A stretch of DNA of 64,000 nt from Trueperaceae bacterium (GTDB taxonomy: Bacteria; Deinococcota; Deinococci; Deinococcales; Trueperaceae). Below, piece after piece: positions 30,176-40,397 of the stretch; the stretch's first letter is position 1; each line of letters opens with the position of its first letter. The translations under genes were made by a program, and so were the position numbers. The stretch covers positions 2,592,001-2,656,000 of the forward strand of contig OZ243956.1 of the NCBI GenBank assembly GCA_965214405.1, read 5' to 3'. The notes under the pieces are model-generated. The model had not been told where the DNA came from, did no database searches, and saw only the letters and a list, made by a program, of their open reading frames with translations.

Positions 30176-32116
30176 ATGGAAAAACCCCTCTGGACCCCGT
30201 CGCCCGAACGTGTAGAGCGGGCGTCTATAACCGACTTTCGCCGCCTGGTGGAACAAAAAATCGACCAATCGTTACCCGATTACGCCGCGCTCCACGCCTG
30301 GTCCGCCGCGCAGCCCGCCGACTTCTGGGAGCTTTACGCCGAGTACAGCGGGATTCACTTCGAGACGCCGCCCGAAAAGATTATGAGCGACGACCCCATG
30401 CCCCACACGAAGTGGTTCGAGGGGGCGACGCTCAATTATGCTCAGGCGCTTCTTCAGCCTCCTACGCTTGCCGACGACAACGCTGCTAATGTTACTGCCG
30501 TCATCGCTGTGGACGAAACCGGGCGGGAGCGCTCGCTCTCTTATGCGGAGTTGCGGCTCGAGGTCGCCCGCTGCGCTAGCGCCCTCACGCGCTCGGGCGT
30601 GGGTCAGGGCGATAAGGTCGCGGCCTACGTGTGCAACGTGCCTGAAGCCGTCATCCTCCTCCTGGCCTGCGCGTCGGTGGGCGCGGTGTTCTCGTCTTGC
30701 TCGCCCGACTTTGGCTTTGACGCGGCCTTGGCGCGGTTCGGGCAGCTCGAGCCCAAGCTCCTTTTTGCTTCAGATGGCTACGCCTATAACGGCCAAGCCT
30801 TTCAAACCCTTCCGACGGTCGCGCGTTTGGCGGAGGCGATGGGTGAACTCTCCGGCGTCGTCCTCATCCCCTACCGCGACCTGCCCGAGAGCGAGACCTA
30901 TCCGGGCTGGCGCGGCTGGCTGGACGACGCGCCCGCTTCTCTTTTAACCTTTACGCCGCTACCCTTTGACCACCCGCTCTACGTCCTCTACTCCTCCGGC
31001 ACCACGGGCCTGCCCAAGGCGATGGTCCACCGCGCGGGCGGGGCGCTGCTCACGCACCACAAGGAGCACCGGCTGCATAGCGACGTCCGGCCCGGCGACG
31101 TGGTCTTTTACTTCAGCACCTGCGGCTGGATGATGTGGAACTGGCTCGTCTCGGTGCTCGCGCAGGGGGCGACGATTGTGCTTTACGAGGGTTCGCCCGC
31201 GCACCCCGATATGGGCGCGCTCTGGCGGCTCGCGGCGCGGCTCCATGTCACGCACTTCGGGACCAGCGCACGGTTTATCCACGGCTGCAAGGCGGTGGGG
31301 GTGCAAGTCCCCGAACTCCCCAGCCTCCGCACCGTCATGTCCACCGGCTCGCCGCTCTCGCCCGCGGGCTTTCGGTGGGTCTATGAGGCGGTCAAAGAGG
31401 ATGTGCATCTGGCGAGCATTTCGGGAGGCACGGACGTCGTGAGCTGCTTTATGCTGGGCGTGCCCACGCTGCCCGTGTACGCGGGGCAGATTCAGGGCCC
31501 CGGCTTGGGTGTAGATTTGGCTGCTTATGACGAAGCGGGAGAGCCCGTCCACGGTAAGCCTGGCGAACTCGTTTGTCGTAAACCCTTGCCTTCAATGCCA
31601 CTCAGGTTTCTCAATGACCCTGACTTTGAACGTTATCAAACCGCCTACTTGACCGCCTACCCTGGCGTCTGGCACCACGGCGACCTCATCGAGATGACGG
31701 ACGAGGGCGGCGTCATCGTCTATGGCCGCTCGGACGCGACGCTCAACCCCGGCGGCGTGCGCATCGGCACGGCGGAGATTTACAGGCCCCTCGAGCCCCT
31801 CCCCGACATCCTAGAAGCCCTGGCGGTGGGCAAAAAATCTGATGGTGACGAGGTCATCTGGCTCTTTGTCGTGTTGCAGGAGGGCGTGACGTTGGATGAC
31901 GCGCTCGAGAAACGCATCCGTACGCTCATCCGTGAGGGCTCGAGCCCGCGGCACGTGCCCAAAAGGATTTTCAGCGTGAGCCAACTTCCCCGGACGCGGA
32001 GCGGCAAGGCGACCGAGATTGCAGTATCAAAACTCGTCAACGGTGAGAGCGTGCCCAACCGTGAGGTGATGGCGAATCCGGAGGCGCTGGAGGAGATTGT
32101 GGCGGTGGTTGGTTAA
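30176..32116 (+). CDS. Acetoacetate--CoA ligase
   Basis: GAGGAGG RBS; LWTPS, YSSGTTGLPK, CGWMMWNWL, SISGGTD, GRSDATLNPGGVRIG. Confidence 0.93.
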   Translation: MEKPLWTPSPERVERASITDFRRLVEQKIDQSLPDYAALHAWSAAQPADFWELYAEYSGIHFETPPEKIMSDDPMPHTKWFEGATLNYAQALLQPPTLADDNAANVTAVIAVDETGRERSLSYAELRLEVARCASALTRSGVGQGDKVAAYVCNVPEAVILLLACASVGAVFSSCSPDFGFDAALARFGQLEPKLLFASDGYAYNGQAFQTLPTVARLAEAMGELSGVVLIPYRDLPESETYPGWRGWLDDAPASLLTFTPLPFDHPLYVLYSSGTTGLPKAMVHRAGGALLTHHKEHRLHSDVRPGDVVFYFSTCGWMMWNWLVSVLAQGATIVLYEGSPAHPDMGALWRLAARLHVTHFGTSARFIHGCKAVGVQVPELPSLRTVMSTGSPLSPAGFRWVYEAVKEDVHLASISGGTDVVSCFMLGVPTLPVYAGQIQGPGLGVDLAAYDEAGEPVHGKPGELVCRKPLPSMPLRFLNDPDFERYQTAYLTAYPGVWHHGDLIEMTDEGGVIVYGRSDATLNPGGVRIGTAEIYRPLEPLPDILEALAVGKKSDGDEVIWLFVVLQEGVTLDDALEKRIRTLIREGSSPRHVPKRIFSVSQLPRTRSGKATEIAVSKLVNGESVPNREVMANPEALEEIVAVVG

Positions 32117-32119
32117 GAG

Positions 32120-32152
32120 GGCATAAACGAGCAAATTGGCGTCAACAAGAAT
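32120..32152 (-). pseudogene. VapC/PIN toxin N-terminal stub
   Basis: ILVDANLLVYA immediately after the antitoxin-like gene stop, then similarity ends. Confidence 0.6.
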
Positions 32153-32478
32153 TAGCGGAACGCTTCACCCTCACTTGCCGCCAACGCCTCGGCCACGTCA
32201 TCAACGTCGTTTAGAAGGGAGCGGCCAAAAGAGAAGGTTTGGGTATGAAACGGCTCGCGCCGCGCTTCCCTCACAACTTCAACAGCGAGCCGTTCGGCTT
32301 CCTCCTCGCTAAGCTCAGCCGCCTTTGGTCCAGGTTGCTTGATCGCCTCATCCCACTCCGTCAGCGCTAAATCTTGCCGCAGCAGTTCTTCAAGCTCCTC
32401 CGCCCAACCTTGCCCTCGCCGACGGCGGAAGGACTCAATCTGCTCGGCCAGTTCGTCCGGTAGTTCCAGCGTCTTCAT
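32152..32478 (-). CDS. Antitoxin-like protein (possibly chimeric)
   Basis: TATGCT -10 box 6 nt before ATG; MKTLELPDEL start; C-terminal DVDDVAEALAASEGEAFR VapB-like tail. Confidence 0.6.
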   Translation of the reverse strand: MKTLELPDELAEQIESFRRRRGQGWAEELEELLRQDLALTEWDEAIKQPGPKAAELSEEEAERLAVEVVREARREPFHTQTFSFGRSLLNDVDDVAEALAASEGEAFR

Positions 32479-32908
32479 CGCCTCAGCATAGCACTTGCTA
32501 AATGGGCGGCGAAGATGAGGCCAGAGAGAAGTAAAAGCTATAGGAGGCTCGCAAACACAAGGTGATGGTGAATTTAGAGGTGTTGGACGAGCTGGCTGAG
32601 AACTATTTTCTGTGAACGCCCCGTAAATCGAGCACCCCCAGCATCTGACCGGGGGTGCTCGTTTGGAAGAGGGGGCGGGGGTTAGCGGATGGTGATGCAC
32701 GTTGCCCGCCCAACGTCAAGATACAGAGTTCGCTGTCACAAAATTCTTACGGCTTTGTCACAGGTTTCTGACGGGCAGACCCGCGCCCAAGCTACTCGGC
32801 TTGTTGACGCGGCTCGAGCCCCCTCCCAAACCCCCTCCCCATATCCGTTATAGTGACCGGGGCAGCCTCCACCGGAACACCCCAGTCGGTTGCCCAAGAA
32901 CGGTGCCG

Positions 32909-33754
32909 ATGCAAACTATCCAAGAACTCATCGACCTGATTAAGCTCGAGCCCATCGAGGCCAACCTTTTCAGAGGCCAAAATTATCAGGCCCCCTGGGG
33001 GCGCGTGTTCGGCGGTCAGGTGCTCGCTCAGTCGCTCCACGCGGCTTATCAGACGGTGCCCGAGGACCGCGCGGCGCACTCCGTCCACGCGTATTTCATC
33101 CTGCCCGGCGACATCGGCGTGCCCATCGTGTACGAGGTCGACCGCATCCGCGACGGCGGCTCGTTTACCACCCGCCGCGTGGTCGCCATCCAGAAGGGCC
33201 GCCCGATTTTCAACATGTCCGCGTCGTTTCAGCTCGAGCAGGCGGGGCTCTCCCACCAAGCCCCCATGCCCGACGTGCCGCCCCCCGACGCGCTGCAAAC
33301 GGACGTGGAGCTTTTGGAGACGTTGAACGGCGACGTTCCCAGAGCCCTGAGAGGCGCGCTCATCCCGCGGCCCCTAGAGTTTCGCCCGGTCGAGACCTTT
33401 GGTGAAGACGACGCGTACCCGCCCGTCCGGCACATCTGGATGAAGGCTAAAAGCCCCCTGCCCGACAACATGCGTTTGCACCAAGAGGTCTTCACCTACG
33501 CGTCGGACTACGACCTTTTGTATACGGCGCTGCTCCCTCACGCGGTGCAGTCCCATAAGGCGTTGCAGCTCGCCAGCATCGACCACGCGCTGTGGTTTCA
33601 TAGGCCTTTTAGGATGGACCAGTGGCTCTTGTTCGCGCTCGACAGCCCCAGCGCCTCGGGCGGGCGCGGCTTCTCGAGGGGGAGCCTTTTTACCGAAGAC
33701 GGTGTGCTCGTGGCGTCGGTGGTGCAGGAGGGGCTGGTGCGGGTTAAAAAGTAG
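32909..33754 (+). CDS. tesB: Acyl-CoA thioesterase II
   Basis: VFGGQVLAQ, RDGGSF, YASDY, SIDHALWFH, SVVQEG. Confidence 0.93.
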   Translation: MQTIQELIDLIKLEPIEANLFRGQNYQAPWGRVFGGQVLAQSLHAAYQTVPEDRAAHSVHAYFILPGDIGVPIVYEVDRIRDGGSFTTRRVVAIQKGRPIFNMSASFQLEQAGLSHQAPMPDVPPPDALQTDVELLETLNGDVPRALRGALIPRPLEFRPVETFGEDDAYPPVRHIWMKAKSPLPDNMRLHQEVFTYASDYDLLYTALLPHAVQSHKALQLASIDHALWFHRPFRMDQWLLFALDSPSASGGRGFSRGSLFTEDGVLVASVVQEGLVRVKK

Positions 33755-33879
33755 AAAGACGTTCTTCTAAACTCCTCTGCCACTTCCGAAAGATTCTGAG
33801 GTGGTTTCTAAAAAGTTTTCAAAGTGTTGGACGCCTTTGTCTTATACTATTCTCGTGACTACCGCACGGACTTAACCCG

Positions 33880-35145
33880 CTAATCAAGCCGCCGGATAGC
33901 AGGTACGAGCAAACCGAGTAGCGCCAGAAGAATAGTCGCCCCGCCGTACCAGAGCGCCACTTGACCCACCTCAACACGCTCCGCTAGATAGCCCGTCAGC
34001 AGAAATCCCAAGGGCAGCAGCGCCAGCGATCCCAGCATGTCGATACTCACCACCCGCCCCAGCACCTCGTCGGGCACGAGCGCTTGCATCGTCGTCTCCC
34101 ACACCACCCCGAAGACCGCGATGCTCCCGCCAACCACCCCCATCGCGGCGACGCCTGCGCCAAGCCCCGGCGCGAGCGCGAGCGCCGCTAATCCGAGGCC
34201 CAGCACGACCACCGCGGAATAAGCGAGCAGGCCGCGGCGGCGCGGTCGGCCAAACTGGTTGAGCGTAACGGCACCTACCGTCGCGCCACCCGCCACGCCC
34301 GAAAGTAGCCAGCCGAGCGAGCTGGCCCCCGAGAAGCGCGCCTCGGCGAGCAGGGGCAGCAGCAGCACCGTCACGCCGCTCGTAAAGATGTTGACGAGCG
34401 AGAAAATCAGGATGCTCACCCACAGCCAGGCTGAACTCGCCACATAGCGGAAGCCTTCGCCTAAGTCCTTTAGGTAACCGGGTTTTGCCGCTCCCTCGCT
34501 TTTTACGTTCCTCTTCATATCCTCTGCATCTACAACAGCTCGAGGCCGCACCATCAAGAGACAGAGCGCGCCCACCACAAACGTGCCCGCGTCGAAGCCG
34601 AGCGCCAGCGTCAGGCCGCCCACGCTCACGAGCAGCCCGCCGAGCGGCGGTCCCAGGATGCCCGCGAGCTCCCTCGCCAAGGCGCGCGCCGCGTTCGCCT
34701 GCGTGAGACTCGCGCGCGCCACGAGCTGCGGCGTGATGCTCGAGGCCGCGGGCATAAAAAAGGCGCTGGCGAGCCCGAAGAGCGCAGACAAACCGTAAAG
34801 ATGACCCAGCCTCAGGTCGTCGCCCAGGAGTAAAAGGATGACCCCCGCGAGCAGCACCGCCTGGAAGGCGTCACTCACGATCAGCGTGAGCCGCCGCGGC
34901 AACCGGTCGACGAGCACCCCGCCCAGGAGCAAAAAAAGCACCTGCGGGACCACGTAAGTTGCCAAGAGCCGACCGAGTTGTCCGGCGTCCCCGCCGAGTT
35001 CGAAGAGGAGAAAGGGCAGGGCGACGCTGTACACCCGGTCTCCCAGAATGGAAACGGTCTGGCCCAGCCAAAACCATAGGAAAGAGGGTTGCCTGAGTGG
35101 GTGCGCTGTGGGTGGTGTGGGTACTGGTGGTGTGGGCGTCCTCAT
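33880..35145 (-). CDS. MFS transporter (DHA3/macrolide-efflux-like)
   Basis: GQTVSILGD, GVLVDRLPRR motif A, about 12 TMs. Confidence 0.9.
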   Translation of the reverse strand: MRTPTPPVPTPPTAHPLRQPSFLWFWLGQTVSILGDRVYSVALPFLLFELGGDAGQLGRLLATYVVPQVLFLLLGGVLVDRLPRRLTLIVSDAFQAVLLAGVILLLLGDDLRLGHLYGLSALFGLASAFFMPAASSITPQLVARASLTQANAARALARELAGILGPPLGGLLVSVGGLTLALGFDAGTFVVGALCLLMVRPRAVVDAEDMKRNVKSEGAAKPGYLKDLGEGFRYVASSAWLWVSILIFSLVNIFTSGVTVLLLPLLAEARFSGASSLGWLLSGVAGGATVGAVTLNQFGRPRRRGLLAYSAVVVLGLGLAALALAPGLGAGVAAMGVVGGSIAVFGVVWETTMQALVPDEVLGRVVSIDMLGSLALLPLGFLLTGYLAERVEVGQVALWYGGATILLALLGLLVPAIRRLD

Positions 35146-35174
35146 ATCCCTACTCTCGAGCTAAGCTGCTCTCA

Positions 35175-35831
35175 ATGAAAGAAGAAAATGCAAGCAGCAC
35201 GCTCGAGGTGACGGACGTCGAGACGGCGAACGTGCTCACAGACCCCGAGCATCTGCGCTACATCGCGCCTTTTTTGGGGCGCGAACGCACCGTAGGCGAG
35301 GTGGCGCGTGAGACAAGAAGCACGTTTAGCACGACCTATAGGAGAGTCAAACGCTACTGCGATCTGGGCATCCTCGAGGTGGCGCGCGAGCATAAACGCA
35401 AAGGCAAACCTCTGAAAATCTACCGCACGGTTGCCGACGCCTTTTTTATCCCGCTTCGGCTTACGGGCGGACCGGAAGAACGCAGCGCACGGTGGCAGAA
35501 GCACTGGGAACGCGACTTTCAGCGGAGCTTTAGACACGCCTACAGGGATGAACTTGAGACCTGGGGGCAGCGCATTTACCGTAAAGACGGCGTCTTTGTC
35601 TCGATGACGGCGAAAAGCCCCAGCGAAGACCTCGACACCCTCACCGCCGAGATGCCCGCTTTTTTTAGCCGCTTTCACGATTCCCTTTACTTAGACTTCG
35701 CCGAGGCCAAAGCTTTCCAGCGAGAACTCGAGGCGCTTTTTAACACCTATGCGAACAAAACGGGCGGGCAGCGGTACATGATGCGCATTTCGTTCGCGCC
35801 TGTGCCGGAGGATACCGGGGTTATTCCGTAA
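35175..35831 (+). CDS. Winged-helix (ArsR-like) regulator, divergent from MFS gene
   Basis: TVGEVARE..STTYRRV HTH; TAAGCT -10 box 7 nt before ATG. Confidence 0.75.
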   Translation: MKEENASSTLEVTDVETANVLTDPEHLRYIAPFLGRERTVGEVARETRSTFSTTYRRVKRYCDLGILEVAREHKRKGKPLKIYRTVADAFFIPLRLTGGPEERSARWQKHWERDFQRSFRHAYRDELETWGQRIYRKDGVFVSMTAKSPSEDLDTLTAEMPAFFSRFHDSLYLDFAEAKAFQRELEALFNTYANKTGGQRYMMRISFAPVPEDTGVIP

Positions 35832-35978
35832 AGGTGAGCAAATCTTGGCTTTGTCCTGATTTATTCAGCTTCATGGTGTCCGCATGACGTCCTCCCGGTA
35901 TGGTAAAACTGAAAGCGCCCGCAAGGCTCAACTTATGCACCGCGTTACGGTGCCAATTTCTCATAAGGAGAACGTTTT

Positions 35979-37349
35979 ATGCCAAAAAACCGCCCCGCCC
36001 TTTCCTTCGCCCTCGGTTTGCTGTTCGCGCTTTTGTGCCTGAGTTTTGCGAACGCGCAGACGCAGTACGGGGATGATTTCGTCTACGGCGACGCCCGCGT
36101 CGACGCGCCCGAGCTGGCCCCGCGCGGCTCTTACAGCGTCGGCGTGAGGACAATGGACATCACCAATCCCGACCAGCTCGACATTTTAAGCTACAGCGAG
36201 ACGAACCAGAACCCGCGCTATGACCGGACAATGACGCTCGAGGTCTGGTACCCCGCCGTCGTCCCCGAGGGCGAAGAGGAACTCACCACCTACAGCGACG
36301 TACTGGGCACCGGCCCCGACAACCCCGAGCGGCCCAACACGCCCTTTACCTTTGCCGGACGCGCGCTCAGGGACGCAGAGCCCGACGCCGCAAGCGCGCC
36401 TTACCCTTTGGTCATCGTCTCGCACGGCTACCCCGGCTCGCGCGTGCTGATGACCTACTTGACTGAAAATTTGGCTTCCAAGGGTTACGTGGTCGTCGCC
36501 ATCGACCACACCGAGTCCACCCACGGCGATAAGGTGGGTTTTGCCAGCACGCTCCTCAACCGCCCGTTAGACCAGTTGTTCGTGCTCGAGCAAATGGCCG
36601 ACATGGGCGCGGCGGATTCGGGAAGCTTTCTCTCAGGCCTTGTCAACGCGGACGACACCGCCATCGTCGGCTACTCGATGGGCGGCTACGGCGCGCTCAA
36701 CGCCGCGGGCGCGGGTTTTAGCGAGGCCATTGTGAATGCGCCTTTTGTGCCCGGCGGAGAGCTGGCGGCGCGGCAGACGGGCAACTACGAGGTAGACCCG
36801 CGCATCAAGGCGGTCGTGGCCCTGGCTCCCTGGGGCGGCGAGGCGGCGCTCGCTTCCATCGGCGTGCCCGGCCTTTCCTTTTGGGACGCGGAAGGCTTGG
36901 CGGGTTTGGAGGTCCCCACCATGTTCATCGTCGGCAGCGAGGACGACGTGGCGGGCTACGAGGGCGGGGTGAAGTCACTCTTCGAGGGCGCGGTCAACGC
37001 TGAGCGTTACATGTTGGTTTTTGAGAACGCCCGCCACAACGTCGCGCCCAACCCCGTGCCCGCCGCCGCCGAGGCTCGCTTTGAAGACTACATGCACTAC
37101 GCCGAGCCCGTCTGGGACAGGCCGCGCACGAACAACATCGTCCAGCACTTCGTCACCGCCTTTTTGGGCGAGACGCTTAAAGGCGAGGATTATGAAGAGT
37201 ACCTAGACGTGGTGCCCGTCGCCGCCGAGGGCGTCTGGTCGCGCAACGAGGACGGCAGCCCCGCCGCGGATAATACCTACTGGACGGGCTTTGAGAACCG
37301 GACGGCGCTCGGTTTAGAGCTTTACCACGAGTTGCCGCCAAGCCAGTAG
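35979..37349 (+). CDS. Secreted alpha/beta hydrolase (dienelactone hydrolase-like)
   Basis: Signal peptide; SHGYPG, GYSMGG nucleophile elbow, Asp and His triad candidates. Confidence 0.88.
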   Translation: MPKNRPALSFALGLLFALLCLSFANAQTQYGDDFVYGDARVDAPELAPRGSYSVGVRTMDITNPDQLDILSYSETNQNPRYDRTMTLEVWYPAVVPEGEEELTTYSDVLGTGPDNPERPNTPFTFAGRALRDAEPDAASAPYPLVIVSHGYPGSRVLMTYLTENLASKGYVVVAIDHTESTHGDKVGFASTLLNRPLDQLFVLEQMADMGAADSGSFLSGLVNADDTAIVGYSMGGYGALNAAGAGFSEAIVNAPFVPGGELAARQTGNYEVDPRIKAVVALAPWGGEAALASIGVPGLSFWDAEGLAGLEVPTMFIVGSEDDVAGYEGGVKSLFEGAVNAERYMLVFENARHNVAPNPVPAAAEARFEDYMHYAEPVWDRPRTNNIVQHFVTAFLGETLKGEDYEEYLDVVPVAAEGVWSRNEDGSPAADNTYWTGFENRTALGLELYHELPPSQ

Positions 37350-37390
37350 CTCGAGCCGAAACGCATCCCAAAAACGTTCTAAAAACGTTG

Positions 37391-37420
37391 TCGCCCGGTC
37401 ACATGGTTGGCCGGGCGTTT
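37391..37420 (+). terminator. Terminator-like hairpin
   Basis: CGCCCGGTCA / TGGCCGGGCG stem followed by TTT. Confidence 0.55.
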
Positions 37421-37446
37421 CTGTTGTGAATAGGCTATAAAGAAGT

Positions 37447-37794
37447 GTGGCCGCTTTTTTGGTGTTGAGTCTGCTGGGTCTCGCGCTCGCGTTCGCGGGC
37501 CTCGAGCTTCTTTCGCGCTACCGGGCTGAAGCTGTGGTGGGTTCAAAGGAGTGGAACGCCTACCAGGTGCGCTTGCGGGACCATCTGGACGCCTCTCCCT
37601 ACGAGGAGGATGAGCGGCGGCGGGAGGTTTACGAAAGGCGGCTCGAGGCGGGGGCGGCCAGGGGCGTGTTTGCCGACGAGGAGGAGCGCAGGCGGGCGCG
37701 GGTCTTAAAGCTTCATCGGGATATCCACCGCGAGCGTGACGAAGCCCAATGGGCCGAACTGCGGCGGGCGCGGCAGGACGACCAAACCTTGTAG
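37447..37794 (+). CDS. Hypothetical membrane-anchored protein
   Basis: N-terminal TM helix, charged helical remainder. Confidence 0.6.
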   Translation: MAAFLVLSLLGLALAFAGLELLSRYRAEAVVGSKEWNAYQVRLRDHLDASPYEEDERRREVYERRLEAGAARGVFADEEERRRARVLKLHRDIHRERDEAQWAELRRARQDDQTL

Positions 37795-37816
37795 GAGGAG
37801 CGCTGTACAATCCTTT

Positions 37817-38977
37817 ATGCCCAGCTTCGACGACATCATCTTAGGCGGCGGCGCGTCCGGCTTGAGCTTGGCCTATCACATAACGCAAGCGGGTCTGGAC
37901 CGGCGTATTTTGCTCGTAGAGCGCGCGCCCAAGGCGGGGCACGACCGCACCTGGTGCTTTTGGGAAAAGGGCGATGGACCCTTTGAAGGGGCGGTACACC
38001 GCCGTTGGGAGCATCTGTGGCTGCACGGCCCCGGCGGTTCGCAAAAGTTAGACATCGCGCCCTACACCTACAAAATGATTCGTAGCGGCGACTTTTATAA
38101 CCTAATGGATGAGTGGTTGGCGCTCCAGCCCAACGTCACCCGGCTCTACGGCACCGTCACCGGGGTGGAGGAGCGTGGAGACGGCGTGCGCGTGTGGGTT
38201 GATGAGCAGGCTTTTGAAGGAAAGTGGGCTTATAACAGCTTTTACACGCCGGAGATGGCGCGGGGGGGCTCGAGCCGCCTCCTCCAGCACTTCCGCGGTT
38301 GGGTGCTCGAAACGGACCTTCCCACGTTTGACCCGAACAGCGCCACGCTGATGGATTTTCGGGTGGCGCAGCACGGGGAGGTGCGCTTTGTCTACGTGCT
38401 CCCCTTAGACGCGCGCCGCGCGCTGGTCGAGTACACCCTGTTCTCGCCGCAGCTACTCTCGAGTGAGGCCTATGACGCCGGGCTCAGGGGGTATTTGGGG
38501 GAGGTGCTGGAGCTTGACGATTACCGCGTCCTCGAGCGCGAAGAGGGCGTCATCCCCATGACCGACGCCGTGTTTCCGCTCCGGCCCTCCCCCCACGTGC
38601 TCGCCATCGGCACGGCGGGCGGCTGCGCCAAGCCCTCGACCGGCTACACCTTCCAGCGCATCCAAAAGCAGTCGCGGCGCATTACCCGGCAACTATCAAG
38701 GACCGGGAACCCGCTCTACACCCCCCCGCCCCTGGACCGCTACCGCTGGCTGGACAGCGTGATGCTGCGGGTACTGGCGACGGGGCGGCAGGACGGGGCC
38801 GAGTTTTTCTGCGACCTGTTCCGGCGCAACCCTGTGGAGCGGGTGCTCGATTTTCTTAATGAAGACTCCACGCTGACCCAAGACCTGGCCCTGATGCTTT
38901 CGGTAGACAACAATCTGCTGTTCGCGGCGACGGGGGTTGAAGTGACCGCCTCGAGCCTTAAACGCAGCCTGACCTGA
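37817..38977 (+). CDS. Lycopene cyclase family protein
   Basis: ILGGGASGLSLA, DRTWCFW, LMDFR, EEGVIPM, GTAGGCAKPSTGYTF. Confidence 0.9.
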   Translation: MPSFDDIILGGGASGLSLAYHITQAGLDRRILLVERAPKAGHDRTWCFWEKGDGPFEGAVHRRWEHLWLHGPGGSQKLDIAPYTYKMIRSGDFYNLMDEWLALQPNVTRLYGTVTGVEERGDGVRVWVDEQAFEGKWAYNSFYTPEMARGGSSRLLQHFRGWVLETDLPTFDPNSATLMDFRVAQHGEVRFVYVLPLDARRALVEYTLFSPQLLSSEAYDAGLRGYLGEVLELDDYRVLEREEGVIPMTDAVFPLRPSPHVLAIGTAGGCAKPSTGYTFQRIQKQSRRITRQLSRTGNPLYTPPPLDRYRWLDSVMLRVLATGRQDGAEFFCDLFRRNPVERVLDFLNEDSTLTQDLALMLSVDNNLLFAATGVEVTASSLKRSLT

Positions 38978-38998
38978 ACAAAAAACAACATCACCCTC

Positions 38999-39027
38999 TT
39001 GACATTTGCTACACTGCGTAGCAGAAT
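38999..39027 (+). promoter_or_regulatory. Sigma70 promoter with BlaI/CopY-type operator in the spacer
   Basis: TTGACA-17 nt-CAGAAT; palindrome TGCTACA-ctg-CGTAGCA at 39007-39023. Confidence 0.75.
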
Positions 39028-39034
39028 AAGCGCT

Positions 39035-39460
39035 GTGTCAGACCCCGCGCCGCCTCACAAGGTTAACTATAAATTTGAGAGCGTGTTTGGCCCCCTCGAG
39101 GCCGCCATCATGGAGGCGATGTGGGCGCTCGGGCAGGCGGAAGTGCGCGAGGTGACTGACGTGCTCCCGCGCGACAACGCCTACACCACGGTCAAAACCG
39201 TGATGGAGCGGCTTACCAAAAAGGGCTTTTTGACGCGCGTCCGCAACGGCAAGGCCTACCGCTACACGCCCGCGCTTTCGCAAGAGGCGCTCGAGGCGCG
39301 GGTCGCGCAGGAGGCGTCGCGGCGGCTTCTGGACGGCTTCGGCAGCGTGGCCTTGACGCACTTTGTCGAGGCGGCGCGTGAGGACCCGGCACAGCTAGCG
39401 GAATTGCGGGGGCTGCTTGACGGCCTTGTTGATGAAGATAAAAACGAAGAGGAAGCGTAA
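39035..39460 (+). CDS. BlaI/MecI/CopY family repressor
   Basis: GPLEAAIMEAMW, AYTTVKTVMERLTKKG, GKAYRY. Confidence 0.92.
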   Translation: MSDPAPPHKVNYKFESVFGPLEAAIMEAMWALGQAEVREVTDVLPRDNAYTTVKTVMERLTKKGFLTRVRNGKAYRYTPALSQEALEARVAQEASRRLLDGFGSVALTHFVEAAREDPAQLAELRGLLDGLVDEDKNEEEA

Positions 39461-39462
39461 GG

Positions 39463-40347
39463 GTGGCGCTGCTTCTTTACCCACAGTTTGTGCTCGCCTT
39501 TTGGGCACCCCTCGTCGTCTTGGGTCTCTGGCGCATGACCGCGCGTTGGCACCAACATTTAACACCACGCACGCGCTTTTGGCTGGCGTGGGGGGTGACA
39601 GTGTTCCCGCTTCTATCTCTTTTTGTTCCTTATCTGCCGAATCTGCCCCTTCGGGAGGCGCTGCCCTACCGCGTCCCCGTCGCCTGGGGAGTGCTCAACA
39701 GCCCGGACCTCACGCACGCGCCCTTCTGGTACGCGTTCGCGGTGCATCTACCCTTTCTGCTAACCCTTTTGGGGCTTCTCGCGTCCTTTGTCTACAGCAT
39801 TTTAGAAGAGGCCGCGGCGCTCTGGAAAGTGTCTCGTATAAAAAGCACACGCGTCGGTCGGGTGCGCGTCTTGCACGTCCCCGGCGAGGTCGCCTTTACC
39901 CTGGGTGTCTTTAGACCCCGCATCTACCTGAGCGAGGCGGTGTGGACGGGGGCACACCGCGACGCCGTGCTAGCGCACGAAGAGGCGCATTGCCGGGCGC
40001 GCCATCCGTTGCTGCTGGCCCTGGCGCGGCTCTCGGCGCGGGTGTGGTGGTATCTTCTGCTCGCGTGGGAGGCGCGGCTCGAGTGCGACCTCACCGCCGA
40101 ACTCTGCGCCGACGAGGCCGCGGTGCGCGCGGCGGGCCGTGCGTCTTTGGCTCGAGCCATGCAGCACGCGCTGCTTCAGAAGCAGGAGCATGTTTATAAA
40201 CCGGCCACCGCGTTCGCGTCTCAGCAAGCCAAAGAGGGTTTGCTTTTAACGCGCGCCCACGCGCTGCTAAACCGACCGCGCAAGTTACCCGTCATTGTCA
40301 AGCTGGGACTGGTTGGAGCCTACTTGCTCCTCTTTTTTCTCCTCTAA
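39463..40347 (+). CDS. M56/M48 family membrane metallopeptidase (BlaR1-like, no sensor domain)
   Basis: TM helices; HEEAH zinc motif; ELCADE. Confidence 0.88.
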   Translation: MALLLYPQFVLAFWAPLVVLGLWRMTARWHQHLTPRTRFWLAWGVTVFPLLSLFVPYLPNLPLREALPYRVPVAWGVLNSPDLTHAPFWYAFAVHLPFLLTLLGLLASFVYSILEEAAALWKVSRIKSTRVGRVRVLHVPGEVAFTLGVFRPRIYLSEAVWTGAHRDAVLAHEEAHCRARHPLLLALARLSARVWWYLLLAWEARLECDLTAELCADEAAVRAAGRASLARAMQHALLQKQEHVYKPATAFASQQAKEGLLLTRAHALLNRPRKLPVIVKLGLVGAYLLLFFLL

Positions 40348-40363
40348 TTTTTTTGTCTCGATG

Positions 40364-40380
40364 TGCTACACATTGTAGCA
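40364..40380. promoter_or_regulatory. Second BlaI-type operator
   Basis: Perfect palindrome TGCTACA-cat-TGTAGCA just upstream of the ABC ATPase RBS. Confidence 0.75.
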
Positions 40381-40397
40381 GTAAAAGAAAGGAAATC

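Noticed and set aside
32605..32700. GAGCACCCCC/GGGGGTGCTC hairpin and TGTGAACGCCCC as an IS end or ncRNA
   Set aside because: There is no partner inverted repeat or transposase; it is most simply an orphan terminator-like hairpin.
32702..32908. N-terminal extension of tesB
   Set aside because: Low-complexity Pro-rich translation; similarity starts at MQTIQEL (32909).
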